Assembly: GCA_050633305.1 (NCBI GenBank)
Contig: JBOEGF010000008.1
Location: 64,001 to 128,000, forward strand
Direction: 5' to 3'
Origin: Nannocystales bacterium
GTDB lineage: Bacteria > Myxococcota_A > Polyangia > Nannocystales > Nannocystaceae
Length of the DNA stretch: 64,000 bases
Made by a program: the position numbers and the translations under genes. The notes under the pieces were generated by a model. It ran no database searches. It was not told the DNA's origin and worked only from the letters and a program-made list of their open reading frames with translations. Numbering within the stretch: the stretch's first letter is position 1; the number at the start of each line of letters is the position of its first letter. This document shows, one piece after another, positions 36,990 through 46,648 of the stretch.

Positions 36990-37696
36990 ATTGCCGCCAC
37001 TTCGGGTCCGGGGCCGTCGCCGATGACCTTGCCGTCCGCCAGCCGCACCGCCCGAGGACAGCGCGCCGCAACACTGGGCTCGTGCGTGACGATGACGATG
37101 GTGTTCCCCGCCGCATGCAGCGCGTCGAAGAGCGCCATGATCTCTTTTTCGGTGGCGGAGTCGAGGTTGCCGGTGGGCTCGTCGGCGAGCAGCAGGGTCG
37201 GCTCGCCCACCAGCGCGCGAGCGATGGCCACACGCTGCCGCTGTCCACCGGACAGCTCGACCGGCTTGTGGCCCAAACGGTCGCCGAGCCCAACCTTCTC
37301 CAGAGCCGCGATGGCCAACCGTTTCCGCTCTCGTCGAGGCGTTCCGCGATACAGCAGCGGAAGCTCGACATTGCGCAACGCCGAGACGCGGCCCAGAAGT
37401 TGGAAGCTTTGAAAGACGAACCCAATGTGCCGGTTGCGAACCCTCGACAGCGCGTCGTCCTCGAGCCCCTGCACGTCGTCCCCGTCGAGGCGGTAGACAC
37501 CACTGCTCGGGCGGTCCATGCAGCCGAGCAGATTCATGAGCGTGGACTTTCCCGAGCCGCTGCGGCCAACGATCGCGACGAACTCGCCCGAGTCGACTCC
37601 GATGCTGACGCCATCGAGCGCTGCAATGGTCTCCGTCCCCATCCGATAGGTTCGGGTGAGGTCAACAACTTCAATGATGCGGCGCGCGCTCTCCAT
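36986..37696 (-). CDS. MacB/LolD-type ABC ATPase
   Basis: 'GRSGSGKST', 'IGFVFQSF', 'LSGGQRQRVAIARAL', 'ADEPTGNLD'. Confidence 0.95.
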   Translation of the reverse strand: MESARRIIEVVDLTRTYRMGTETIAALDGVSIGVDSGEFVAIVGRSGSGKSTLMNLLGCMDRPSSGVYRLDGDDVQGLEDDALSRVRNRHIGFVFQSFQLLGRVSALRNVELPLLYRGTPRRERKRLAIAALEKVGLGDRLGHKPVELSGGQRQRVAIARALVGEPTLLLADEPTGNLDSATEKEIMALFDALHAAGNTIVIVTHEPSVAARCPRAVRLADGKVIGDGPGPEVAAM

Positions 37697-37839
37697 CCGA
37701 CTCGCGTCACACTGACCCCCCAGGCGGGAGCCAGGTTTCCTCCAGGGCGCATGGTCGCAAATCTACGAGCCGATCACACGAGCGAAGCGCCCACAATCAC
37801 CGGTGGGAACTCTGGGCATTCCGCGCCGTGGAACGCAGG

Positions 37840-38112
37840 TCAGGGCCACAGCCCCGCCCGGATCAGGTCACGAACCTCGACCGCCCGCAGTACCGTCTCA
37901 TCGACCTCGGCCCGTGGGGCCTGGGCCGGGTCCAGCGGCCGGCCCTCGGCCCGCAGCACGTCATGAACCGCAACGACGGCCTCGAGGGCGGACTGCGGCT
38001 CGCAAGGGAGCCGACCCCGACGATGCATGCGTTCGACGACCCTTCGAAGCCGCCGGCGGCACGGACGGAAGGTCTCACTGAGCCGATACGGACGACGACG
38101 AGGAGCGGGCAT
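37840..38112 (-). CDS. Small hypothetical protein (90 aa)
   Basis: Fills a 520-bp gap; amphipathic helical sequence 'ALEAVVAVHDVLRAEG...VLRAVEVRDLIRAGLWP'. Confidence 0.4.
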   Translation of the reverse strand: MPAPRRRPYRLSETFRPCRRRLRRVVERMHRRGRLPCEPQSALEAVVAVHDVLRAEGRPLDPAQAPRAEVDETVLRAVEVRDLIRAGLWP

Positions 38113-38219
38113 CACAGCTGTCGTCGGCCGTGGGCGCCCCACGTTGCGAAAAAACGCCGTCCTGTACCCCCAAGGCGCTTGGCCCGACGCCGACCGCGCC
38201 GGTGATCTACGATGCGCGC

Positions 38220-39152
38220 ATGCCGTCCATCCGATGGTTCGCTCCCCTCGCCCTCAGCCTCGTGGCTTGCCATCCCAAGCAGTCCGAGCTGGACGAGATC
38301 AACCGAAGACTCGACGAGGTCTCGACGCAACAGCAGCAGCTGATCGAGAACCTCGACTCCCAGTGGGCCCAGGAGCGGCAGTCCGAACGCCAGCCCGTCC
38401 AGGCGGAGGGCCCGCGCGACGAGGTCACGGACCAGCTCGACGGGCTTCAACTTCAGCTTGATGCGCTCCGGACCGACCTCCGGGACCTTCAGAGCTCGGT
38501 GCAAGCCCAGAAGCGGGCCGCTGCCAAGCCTCGCCCCGGACGCCCTGACCCGGCCCAGCGATACCGCGTCGACATCGGTAAGTCCCATGTTCGCGGTCGC
38601 CGTGATGCGTTGGTGACCCTGATCGCGTTCACCGACTACCAGTGCCCGTTCTGCAAGCGGGTGCAGCCCACGCTCGAGGCTCTGCGCAAGCAATACGGCC
38701 GAAACATCCGCCTGGTCCACAAACACAACCCGCTACCCATGCACAACCGGGCCCTTCCAGCCGCGGTCGCAGCGGAGGCCGCGGGCAACCAAGGCAAGTT
38801 CTGGGAGATGCACGAGCGCCTCTGGGAAGACCCCCGAGCGCTCACCGACGAGACCATCGAACAGTACGCCCGCGAGCTCGGACTCAACATGCAGCGGTTC
38901 AGGCGGGACCTGAAGGACCCCAGCATCGTCAAGCGCATCGAGGCCGAGCAAAAACAGGGCACCGTCGTCGGTGCACGCGGTACACCGGCGTTCTTCGTCA
39001 ACGGAAAGTTCATCAGCGGCGCGCAGCCTCAATCGGAGTTCGAGCGGGCCATCGACGCCGCGCTCGTCGAAGCCCGCGAGAAGGTCAAGTCCGGCACCCC
39101 GCGGAAGAGCCTGTACAAGGCCCTGATGAAAGACGCCCTCACCGAGGTCTAG
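38220..39152 (+). CDS. DsbA/Thioredoxin_4 lipoprotein with coiled coil
   Basis: 'LVAC' lipobox, 'FTDYQCPFC', 'HNPLPMH', 'QGKFWEMH', 'GTPAFFVNG'. Confidence 0.9.
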   Translation: MPSIRWFAPLALSLVACHPKQSELDEINRRLDEVSTQQQQLIENLDSQWAQERQSERQPVQAEGPRDEVTDQLDGLQLQLDALRTDLRDLQSSVQAQKRAAAKPRPGRPDPAQRYRVDIGKSHVRGRRDALVTLIAFTDYQCPFCKRVQPTLEALRKQYGRNIRLVHKHNPLPMHNRALPAAVAAEAAGNQGKFWEMHERLWEDPRALTDETIEQYARELGLNMQRFRRDLKDPSIVKRIEAEQKQGTVVGARGTPAFFVNGKFISGAQPQSEFERAIDAALVEAREKVKSGTPRKSLYKALMKDALTEV

Positions 39153-39261
39153 CAAGCACTTGCATGCCACGGAGCCGTCGCCGGTCGTGCCGGTGAGGCG
39201 CCTGCGGTTCCGCAGGACGGCCCGGCGCCCTCGCGCGCCCGAGTCTGGCTACTGTGCAGCC

Positions 39262-40098
39262 GTGCCCAAGGACCTGATCCTCCGCGAACGCGTGGCCGGG
39301 GTGATGACCCTGACCATGAACAACCCGGACCGTCTCAACGGTTGGACCATGTCCATGCTCGATGAGCTCGGGCATGCGCTCCGGGATGCGACGAATGACC
39401 CAGAGACGAAGGTCTTGGTCCTCACCGGGACAGGCCGCTACTACTGCGCTGGCGTCAACCTGGGGGGTTCGCTCAAGCTCGACCACCCCGCCTCTCTGCA
39501 CCGCTTCATCCTCGAGCGAAATCAGGAACTCTTCGACCAGTTCATCCGGTTTCCGAAGCCGATCTTGATCGCGGTCAACGGCCCTGCGATCGGAGCCAGC
39601 GTGACGTCGGCGTCCTTGTGCGATGGCATCATCGCCTCCGAGGCCGCGACCTTCTCCACCCCCTTCGCAGCGTTGCGCGTCCCGGCGGAGGGCTGCTCCA
39701 CCGAGGTGTTCCCCAAACTCTTGGGCGAGGCCGCGGAGCGTATGCTCGGGAAAGAGGGCTGGAAGCCCACCGGAAAAGAGGCGGTCGAGATTGGGCTCGC
39801 GCAATGGGTTTGCCCCGCCGACGCGCTGATGACCGAGGCGCAGCGAATCGCAGAGGATTGGATCGCGCAGGGGCGCGAACGGAGCTACCCCGTCGGGTTC
39901 AGCGCCGCCGACCTGGCAGAGATCAACGCCCGAGAATCCAAGGTGCTCGCCGGGGCCTTCCTCAGCACGCCGTTCCTCATGGCGCAGTACCGGTTCCTGC
40001 GCAGCAAGGGAAAGCTGCAACCCGCCGCAATGTTCTTCACCCTCGCGAAGACGCGGCCGCTGTGGAAGCGACTGCTGCCCCCCGAAGCCCGCGCCTGA
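39262..40098 (+). CDS. Enoyl-CoA hydratase/isomerase (ECI2-like)
   Basis: 'NNPDRLNG', 'YYCAGVNL', 'VNGPAIGA', 'TFSTPF...PAEGCS'. Confidence 0.85.
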   Translation: MPKDLILRERVAGVMTLTMNNPDRLNGWTMSMLDELGHALRDATNDPETKVLVLTGTGRYYCAGVNLGGSLKLDHPASLHRFILERNQELFDQFIRFPKPILIAVNGPAIGASVTSASLCDGIIASEAATFSTPFAALRVPAEGCSTEVFPKLLGEAAERMLGKEGWKPTGKEAVEIGLAQWVCPADALMTEAQRIAEDWIAQGRERSYPVGFSAADLAEINARESKVLAGAFLSTPFLMAQYRFLRSKGKLQPAAMFFTLAKTRPLWKRLLPPEARA

Positions 40099-40126
40099 CG
40101 CTCCTCGACCCTGCTACGCTCGGCCG

Positions 40127-41533
40127 ATGCTGCCCACGCTGGTCTTCGCGCTCTCGGGGGCACTCGCCGTTCCACAGCCAGCACCTCAACACGTGATCGG
40201 CGGAGATGTCGCGGAGGACTGCGAGTGGCCGAGCACCGTCTTGATGAGCGGTTGCAGCGGTACGCTGATCCACCCCGAGGTCGTCCTGTACGCCGCCCAT
40301 TGTCCCAACAGCGGCAGTGTCCGTTTCGGTACGGGCGGCGACGAACGGACTGTTGCCACGACCTCCTGCGCGCAAGCCCCGGAGTACCCCGCGACGGGCT
40401 TCGACTATGCGTACTGCCGACTCGCGCAGCCTGTGACCGACGTGCCGATCGTGCCGGTCATGATGGGTTGCGAACGCCAACAACTCGTCGTCGGCGCTCC
40501 CGCTTGGCTTGTCGGATTCGGCAACACCTCGAATGCGGGCGGAGGCTTCGGCACCAAGCGCTGGATCGAAGGCGAGGTCGCGGGGTTTCCGGCCGACGGC
40601 AAGCAAATCGGAGTCTTCTACGAGGACCCGAAGACCGGGATCTGCAACGGGGACTCGGGTGGCTCGGCTTTCGCTCAACTCGACGACGGCACCTGGCGCC
40701 TGTTCGGCATCGCCTCGACCGTTCCCGGCTCGTGCGGCGGAAGCTCGCAGCACATCCCGGCCTGGGCCGCGGTTGCGTGGATCGAGGAGGGCACGGGGCT
40801 CGACATCACCCCATGCCATGACGCGGACGGCGCCTGGAACCCCGGTCCGATGTGTGAGGGTTTCCCGACGGCGCCCGGTGACGACAATGGGCTGAGCTGG
40901 GACACCGCCTGCGGCCCCGGACCGCTCAGCGGCCTCGGGGCAACCTGCGGTGCGGCTGCAGGCCAGCCTCAGGACCGGCAGGCCCCGTCCCTCAGCTTCC
41001 TCGCTCCCTCCACGGGTCAGTACCCGGGTCCACTCTTTGAGACAGACATCGAGCTCGAAGTCGAGGACGCAGGCGGCATCCTTGATGTCGAGCTGTCGTT
41101 CGCAGACGAGACCCAAGCCTTCTTCGAAGCCCCGCCCTACACCGTTCCCAACGTCAGCTTCCCGGAGGGTGCGTGGGAACTCGTCGCTACGGCTCGGGAC
41201 TGGTCGGGGAACGTCGCCCAGACCTCGGTCACGATCGAGGTCGGCGCGGAGGCTGCCAGTACCTCGGGCGGCGGAGCCCGCGGGACGGGGGACGGATCTG
41301 GTTCGTCGGGGCTCGGGGGCGAAAGCGGGGACCCGTCGGGGAGCGAACCCGACGACCCCGAGACCTCGGCCGGTACGACCGCTCCTTCCGAAGATACCGA
41401 TGCAGGTGGGCCTGCGAGCTCGGAGAGTTCCGCCGACGGGTGCGGCTGCACAAGCGGATCGCGCTCGCACAGCTGGTTGTGGCTCGGCGTGCTGTGCCTC
41501 GCCACCCGACGACGCAAACTCGCCTCTGTGTGA
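40127..41533 (+). CDS. Trypsin-like (S1) serine protease with Ig-like domain and MYXO-CTERM
   Basis: 'CSGTLI', 'YAAHC', 'CNGDSGG'; C-term 'GCGC...WLWLGVLCLATRRRK'. Confidence 0.9.
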   Translation: MLPTLVFALSGALAVPQPAPQHVIGGDVAEDCEWPSTVLMSGCSGTLIHPEVVLYAAHCPNSGSVRFGTGGDERTVATTSCAQAPEYPATGFDYAYCRLAQPVTDVPIVPVMMGCERQQLVVGAPAWLVGFGNTSNAGGGFGTKRWIEGEVAGFPADGKQIGVFYEDPKTGICNGDSGGSAFAQLDDGTWRLFGIASTVPGSCGGSSQHIPAWAAVAWIEEGTGLDITPCHDADGAWNPGPMCEGFPTAPGDDNGLSWDTACGPGPLSGLGATCGAAAGQPQDRQAPSLSFLAPSTGQYPGPLFETDIELEVEDAGGILDVELSFADETQAFFEAPPYTVPNVSFPEGAWELVATARDWSGNVAQTSVTIEVGAEAASTSGGGARGTGDGSGSSGLGGESGDPSGSEPDDPETSAGTTAPSEDTDAGGPASSESSADGCGCTSGSRSHSWLWLGVLCLATRRRKLASV

Positions 41534-42400
41534 CTACTTCGTAGCGTCGGTTGCCGGGTCGAAGTCCGCGGCGCTGTGACGCTCGGCCAACTGCTCGGAC
41601 TTCTCGCCCCACACGCGATTCACCTTGCGGCCCCGCTTCACGGCAGGACGCTCGCCGATCTGCTCAGTCCAACGCATGACGTTCTTGTACTCGTGCACCG
41701 ACAAGAACTCGGCCGCGTCGTACGCAGCGTTCTTCATCAGCGCCCCGTACCAAGGCCAAACCGAGATGTCGGCGATCGAGTACTCGGAGCCGGCGAGGTA
41801 CTCGTGCTCCGCGAGCCTGCGGTCCAACACGTCGAGCTGTCGCTTGACCTCCATCGCGAATCGGTTGATGGGATACTCCATCTTCGATGGGGCATAGGCG
41901 TAGAAGTGCCCGAACCCACCGCCGAGGTAGGGGCCGGAACCCATCTGCCAAAATAGCCAGTTCAGCGCTTCCGTCCGCTCGGCGTGCCCTTTGGGGAGCA
42001 AGGCCCCGAACTTCTCCGCGAGGTAGAGCAGAATCGAGCCCGACTCGAAGACCCGCACGTGTGGATCTTCGCTTCGGTCGAGCAGTGCCGGGATCTTGGA
42101 GTTCGGGTTGACGTCGACGAACCCGCTGCTGAACTGGTCGCCCTCTTGAATGTTGATCAGCCAGGCGTCGTACTCGGCCTCGCTGTGACCCGCCTCGAGG
42201 AGTTCCTCGAAGATGATGCCGGCCTTCACACCATTGGGCGTTGCGAGCGAGTAGAGCTGATACGGGTGTTCGCCGACCGGTAGGACCTTATCATGCGTCG
42301 GCCCCGAGATCGGTCGGTTGATGTTGGCGAACTTCCCCCCGCTCTCCTTGTCCCAGGTCCAGACGTTGGGGGGCGTGTAGGTCTTACTCGAATCGGTCAT
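41534..42400 (-). CDS. yghU: Glutathione-dependent disulfide oxidoreductase (GST family)
   Basis: 'FANINRP', 'LYSLATPNG', 'NPNSKIPAL', 'FESGSIL', 'LGGGFGHFYAYAP'. Confidence 0.93.
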   Translation of the reverse strand: MTDSSKTYTPPNVWTWDKESGGKFANINRPISGPTHDKVLPVGEHPYQLYSLATPNGVKAGIIFEELLEAGHSEAEYDAWLINIQEGDQFSSGFVDVNPNSKIPALLDRSEDPHVRVFESGSILLYLAEKFGALLPKGHAERTEALNWLFWQMGSGPYLGGGFGHFYAYAPSKMEYPINRFAMEVKRQLDVLDRRLAEHEYLAGSEYSIADISVWPWYGALMKNAAYDAAEFLSVHEYKNVMRWTEQIGERPAVKRGRKVNRVWGEKSEQLAERHSAADFDPATDATK

Positions 42401-42535
42401 GGCTCGTTCCACCCTTGGCGCGATGAATTCGCTGCCGAGCGCCGCCATGTTACCCAGCGACCTTCGCTCTCCGACCGACTCGGCAAAAGAAATCCGGTTT
42501 TCCCGCCGGCGCCGACACCGGGCGCGATCGAAACC

Positions 42536-43552
42536 TCACCCAACGCCGTGGCGGCGTTCCCAGACAGACTTCTGCCGCGCGTCCAGCTCCGCGGTCGCGA
42601 CCGCCTTGCCCTTGATCAGGCACGCGAGCTGGTACTCGCGGAGGAAGTCCCGAAACTCCTCGGTCCCAAAGCGTGGCTTCCGCTCGGCCATCGCCTTGAC
42701 GTAGCCCAGCCACATCCCGAACCCACCGACAACATACGGCGGCCGTGTCATGCGAAACGCTGAGCTTGCGGTCATGTACGCGAGACCGGTCCCCATGTAG
42801 TGCTGTCCGAAGCCATGCCGCATGCGTCCGGTGAGCACGCCCTTGTGGCTCGAGCCCATCGGCCGCAGATGGACGAATCGAAGCTCCGGGTCATCCCAGC
42901 TGCAAGCGATCCAGCCCATCATCCGACACGTGTGGCAGTCGATGCCGTCCCACATCACTTCGCGTGCGAAGCCACCGATCTCTTCGAAGCATGTCCGGCG
43001 ATAGAACTTGGTCATCCCGACCGACATCTCATCGCCGCACTTCTCGCTGATGAGCGGGCCGTACGTGCGCTCGTAGTCGGGGACGGTCGCCGTGAGGTCG
43101 TGCTTGGGGTGCGCGGCGTTGTGGACCGCCTCAGCGTCGCGCTCCGGAAAGTACGGCTTGCCGCTACAGGTTCCGATGCGTGGATTGGCTTCCATCCGCT
43201 CGATGAGGGCCTCGAAGTATCGAGGGGGAAGATCGAGATCCAGGTCGAGCTTGGTGATGTACTCGAACTGGCTGACATCCACCTGATCCCACCCGTAGTA
43301 GAAGGTCTCGATCACGCCCGGGCCCACGCTCCGGCCGCCCCGGTCGGGCTTTCGGACGACTTGGATGAACTCGTGCTCCTGCTCGTAGCGCTCGAGCATC
43401 TCAGGCGTGGCGTCGGTCGAACCATCGTCGACGACCAGCAACAGCTTCGGCTGCACGGTCTGAGCGATGAGAGAATCGATCGTGCGCTGCAGGTACGCCG
43501 CTTCGTCGCGGCAGGGACAGATGACAAGGTAGTCGCGGCTCTTGGCGTTCAT
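42536..43552 (-). CDS. Glycosyltransferase family 2
   Basis: 'PCRDEA', 'VVDDGSTDAT', 'KLDLD', 'CFEEIGG...WDGID', 'HLRPMG'. Confidence 0.9.
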   Translation of the reverse strand: MNAKSRDYLVICPCRDEAAYLQRTIDSLIAQTVQPKLLLVVDDGSTDATPEMLERYEQEHEFIQVVRKPDRGGRSVGPGVIETFYYGWDQVDVSQFEYITKLDLDLDLPPRYFEALIERMEANPRIGTCSGKPYFPERDAEAVHNAAHPKHDLTATVPDYERTYGPLISEKCGDEMSVGMTKFYRRTCFEEIGGFAREVMWDGIDCHTCRMMGWIACSWDDPELRFVHLRPMGSSHKGVLTGRMRHGFGQHYMGTGLAYMTASSAFRMTRPPYVVGGFGMWLGYVKAMAERKPRFGTEEFRDFLREYQLACLIKGKAVATAELDARQKSVWERRHGVG

Positions 43553-43566
43553 GAGGACGGCGTCCT

Positions 43567-44847
43567 TCAGCGAGGAGACACAGCGGCATCGAGGTCGACG
43601 CCATGAGCCCGCGCAATCGAGGCGGCGATGCGCCCAACGTTGAGGCTGAGGTCAAACTCCTCGACCACCCGCGCCCGACCCCCACGGGCCATCCGATCGC
43701 GCGCCTCGTCGTCGCGCAACAGTCGGGTGATCGCGGCTCCCAGTTCCGCACCAGACTCCGGTGCGACCAACAAACCGCTCTTGTTGTGGGCGACCAGCTC
43801 TCGAATCGAGGGGATGTCCCCCGCGATGACCGGCACGCCCGAAGCCATGGCCTCCATCAACACGACCGGGATTCCGTCGCGATCCCCCGACTTGGCGATG
43901 CGACAAGGCAACACAAAGAGGTCGGCCGCTTGAAGGCGCTCGCGCACCTCGTGGTTGGGCACGGGCCCGGTAAACTCGACCTTTCCCTGAAGCTTGAGGG
44001 AGTCGCGCAGCGACTCGAGCGCAGCCGCCTCTTCTCCACCGCCCATGATCGTGCAGTGATACCCGGGCATGTCTGCGGGTTGCTCCGCCAGCGCATGCAA
44101 GAGGAGGTCGAAGCCTTTCTTCTCGATGAGCCGGCCCACCGTCACGATGCGAATCGGTCCAGGCGGACGCGACGCGGGAGGGCTAAACTCGCTGACGTCC
44201 ACGCCGCAGCGCACGACCGGGAGGCGATGCTCCTCGAGCGTCCGTCGGCCCGACTCGGTCAGCAGCTCTTGATAGAACCGGTGGTGCCACTCGCTGATGC
44301 AGGCGCAAAACGCAGCCCGCTTGAGCTTCGTCCGCAGCATGGTTCGCTGGCTGAAGATGTCGACCGCGTGCCCGGTGAAGCTGAACGGTACCCCCAGCTG
44401 AAGCGCGAGCAGCATCGCAATCGATGCTGGAACGTGTGCCATGTGAGCATGAATGTGCTGCACGCCATGACGCCGCGCCGACTCGGCGGCACCGAGGACC
44501 CCGAGCGCTTGCCAGATCAGCTTGGCCCGCCGAAGCCCCGAGATATCGTCTCCGCCCAGCGCAAGCTTCCCTGCCAGCCCCAGCGTTCGCAGGGTGCTTC
44601 GAGGATGACGCGCGACCTCAGCGGCCGCGCTGCTCAACACTTTCGAGAGGCCGCGGTACAGCACCTCGGACTCGGAGGCGAGCGCGTCGAGGGTTGCCGT
44701 TCCCAGATCGAGCTCGGGGGGCCGTACCGACAGCGCCGAGACATCCCAGCCTGCTGCCCGCAGCCCCAACAGCTCACGATAGACGAACGTCTCGGAGCGC
44801 TTGGGCAGCATCGCTGCCACGTACATGACCTTGGGTCTGGCGGGCAT
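43567..44847 (-). CDS. Glycosyltransferase family 4 (WcaL-like)
   Basis: 'SETFVYREL', 'HIHAH', 'FTGHAVDIF', 'VGRLIEKKG', 'DGIPVVLMEAMASG'; TAATG coupling. Confidence 0.92.
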   Translation of the reverse strand: MPARPKVMYVAAMLPKRSETFVYRELLGLRAAGWDVSALSVRPPELDLGTATLDALASESEVLYRGLSKVLSSAAAEVARHPRSTLRTLGLAGKLALGGDDISGLRRAKLIWQALGVLGAAESARRHGVQHIHAHMAHVPASIAMLLALQLGVPFSFTGHAVDIFSQRTMLRTKLKRAAFCACISEWHHRFYQELLTESGRRTLEEHRLPVVRCGVDVSEFSPPASRPPGPIRIVTVGRLIEKKGFDLLLHALAEQPADMPGYHCTIMGGGEEAAALESLRDSLKLQGKVEFTGPVPNHEVRERLQAADLFVLPCRIAKSGDRDGIPVVLMEAMASGVPVIAGDIPSIRELVAHNKSGLLVAPESGAELGAAITRLLRDDEARDRMARGGRARVVEEFDLSLNVGRIAASIARAHGVDLDAAVSPR

Positions 44848-45866
44848 TACGAGTCGGCTCCTTTGTATTCGATGAGCGTGCCCTGCTGGTTGCGCAGACG
44901 ATTCCACGCGTACTTGAGCATTCCGGCAGCTTGCGGGAACTTGCTGGCGACCGCGGAGAGGGCAAAGATTCTGGCTTCGTCCGGGGGAAATCCGCGTCCG
45001 CGCGCGTACCGGTAGACCTTGAGCAGCAGGGCGGGATACGCCCCCAACCCGAGAATGCTCAACCCCCCAGACACGGGAGCGAACGGCACACTCATCGCAG
45101 GCGGACCGAGCGCCCAACCCAAGGTGGAGACCACCTCCTTGCGCCGGTACCCATCCTCCGATCCGTGGAGCGCGAACCCTTCGGCCCACGCATAACCGCA
45201 CCGTTTCGCCCGCTGCCACCACTGCGACGCGTTGGTCATCGCAGCGTCATGCAGCGTCATCTCGGCCTCGATGCGCTCGATGGTCCAGCCAGCACGACGC
45301 ATTCGAAGACACATCTCGGGCTCCTCGCCCGCGATCAAGTCCTCGCGATAGCCACCGATCTCCTGAAAGGTCCGGACCCGAATCAGCGCGTCACCTCCAC
45401 AGGCGTCGGCGATGCCGATCGGGGTGTCCCACTCGATGTCACACAGACGGTTGTAGACCGAACGCTCGGGGTAACGCTCGCGCCTGCGGCCGCACACGAC
45501 CGCACGACGAGGGTCCGCCCGAATCGCGTCCAGAGCCGTCGAGATCCAGGCGGGATCGAGTTCGCAGTCCCCGTCGACAAACTGGATGAACGCGACGTCC
45601 GGCGACTTGGCGAGCAACCGCTTGGCGCCGGCGTTGCGAGCTCGAGCCGCGGTGAACTTGATCGAGGTGTCGAGGTCGTGCACCTCGGCCCCCAAGCTCC
45701 GCGCGGTTTGGACACTGTCGTCGGTGGAGCCCGAGTCCACGTAGACGACGTGGGCAACCCGGCCAGGACCGGTGAGCATCGACTCCAGGCAGCGGCGCAA
45801 CCGCTCGCCTTCGTTCCGCCCGATCACGACTGCGCCGACGTTGGTGAAAGGCTGCTGCGAGGTCAT
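44847..45866 (-). CDS. Glycosyltransferase family 2
   Basis: 'VIGRNEGERL', 'YVDSGSTD', 'FTAARARN', 'FVDGD', 'IAGEEPE'. Confidence 0.92.
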   Translation of the reverse strand: MTSQQPFTNVGAVVIGRNEGERLRRCLESMLTGPGRVAHVVYVDSGSTDDSVQTARSLGAEVHDLDTSIKFTAARARNAGAKRLLAKSPDVAFIQFVDGDCELDPAWISTALDAIRADPRRAVVCGRRRERYPERSVYNRLCDIEWDTPIGIADACGGDALIRVRTFQEIGGYREDLIAGEEPEMCLRMRRAGWTIERIEAEMTLHDAAMTNASQWWQRAKRCGYAWAEGFALHGSEDGYRRKEVVSTLGWALGPPAMSVPFAPVSGGLSILGLGAYPALLLKVYRYARGRGFPPDEARIFALSAVASKFPQAAGMLKYAWNRLRNQQGTLIEYKGADS

Positions 45867-45922
45867 CGAACTCGCTCGTGAGATTCGGGGATAGCCCGGG
45901 CGATGTCAACACAGACGCGATG

Positions 45923-46600
45923 TCACGAATCGGGCTCTTGGAGCAGCTGCGCGTACTGAAGAGCCCGCGCTTTCTTGACCCGTTTCTTGGACAGGTCGAT
46001 GCCCACGCCGTTCAAGCCGTGGTGGTTGGCAACCGCCAGGATCGTGCCCCGTCCGCAAAACGGGTCCACGACCGTCGTCACGGTCTCGAGCCGCTGCAAG
46101 AAAGTGCAAACGGCCTCGGCCGCGCTGCTCGGCATCGCCCGAGACCACGTCATCACCCCGAGTCCATCGATGACATCCGGGCTCGCCAGGGAGTTCGGAA
46201 TGCGCCGGCCGACGGAGAAACACTGCAGGTGGCCGTAGGCGGGTCGGCCAAACGTCCGCAACCCCGGTTTCACACGGCAGACAACCTTGTGCCAAAGGCA
46301 TGCGCTGTCCGCCGCATCGGCGCCTGTATGAACGCGGTGCGCCTTGTCGATCCAAGCTCCATCCGACTTCACGTCCGTCTGGTAGAAGATCGCTACCCCC
46401 TGGGGGTGCACCGCCCGGCAGCAGGTCGCGACCGTCTCGGAGAACCAGGCCGTCCAAGCCTCCACCGACATACCCGGGAACTCGGAGACGTCGGGCAGAG
46501 ACGTGACGAGCGCGGACTCTGGGCCAAGGTCGTTCGCGGCGAGCCACTCCAGCCCGTCGCCGACCAGGACCTCTCGCTGAGGTGGGTTCGGGTCAGTCAC
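45923..46600 (-). CDS. Methyltransferase-like protein (permuted, beta-class-like order)
   Basis: N-term 'GDGLEWL...VTSLPD', C-term 'VVDPFCGRGT..A..HGLNGVGID'. Confidence 0.65.
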   Translation of the reverse strand: MTDPNPPQREVLVGDGLEWLAANDLGPESALVTSLPDVSEFPGMSVEAWTAWFSETVATCCRAVHPQGVAIFYQTDVKSDGAWIDKAHRVHTGADAADSACLWHKVVCRVKPGLRTFGRPAYGHLQCFSVGRRIPNSLASPDVIDGLGVMTWSRAMPSSAAEAVCTFLQRLETVTTVVDPFCGRGTILAVANHHGLNGVGIDLSKKRVKKARALQYAQLLQEPDS

Positions 46601-46648
46601 CCGCGAGAAGCCTCGTACCGAGCTGGGCCGTCGAACATCGCCGGGATG

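Noticed and set aside
30900..37966. Long plus-strand ORFs (570, 521, 573, 522 aa)
   Set aside because: They are antisense to well-supported genes; stop-poor shadow frames are expected at high GC.
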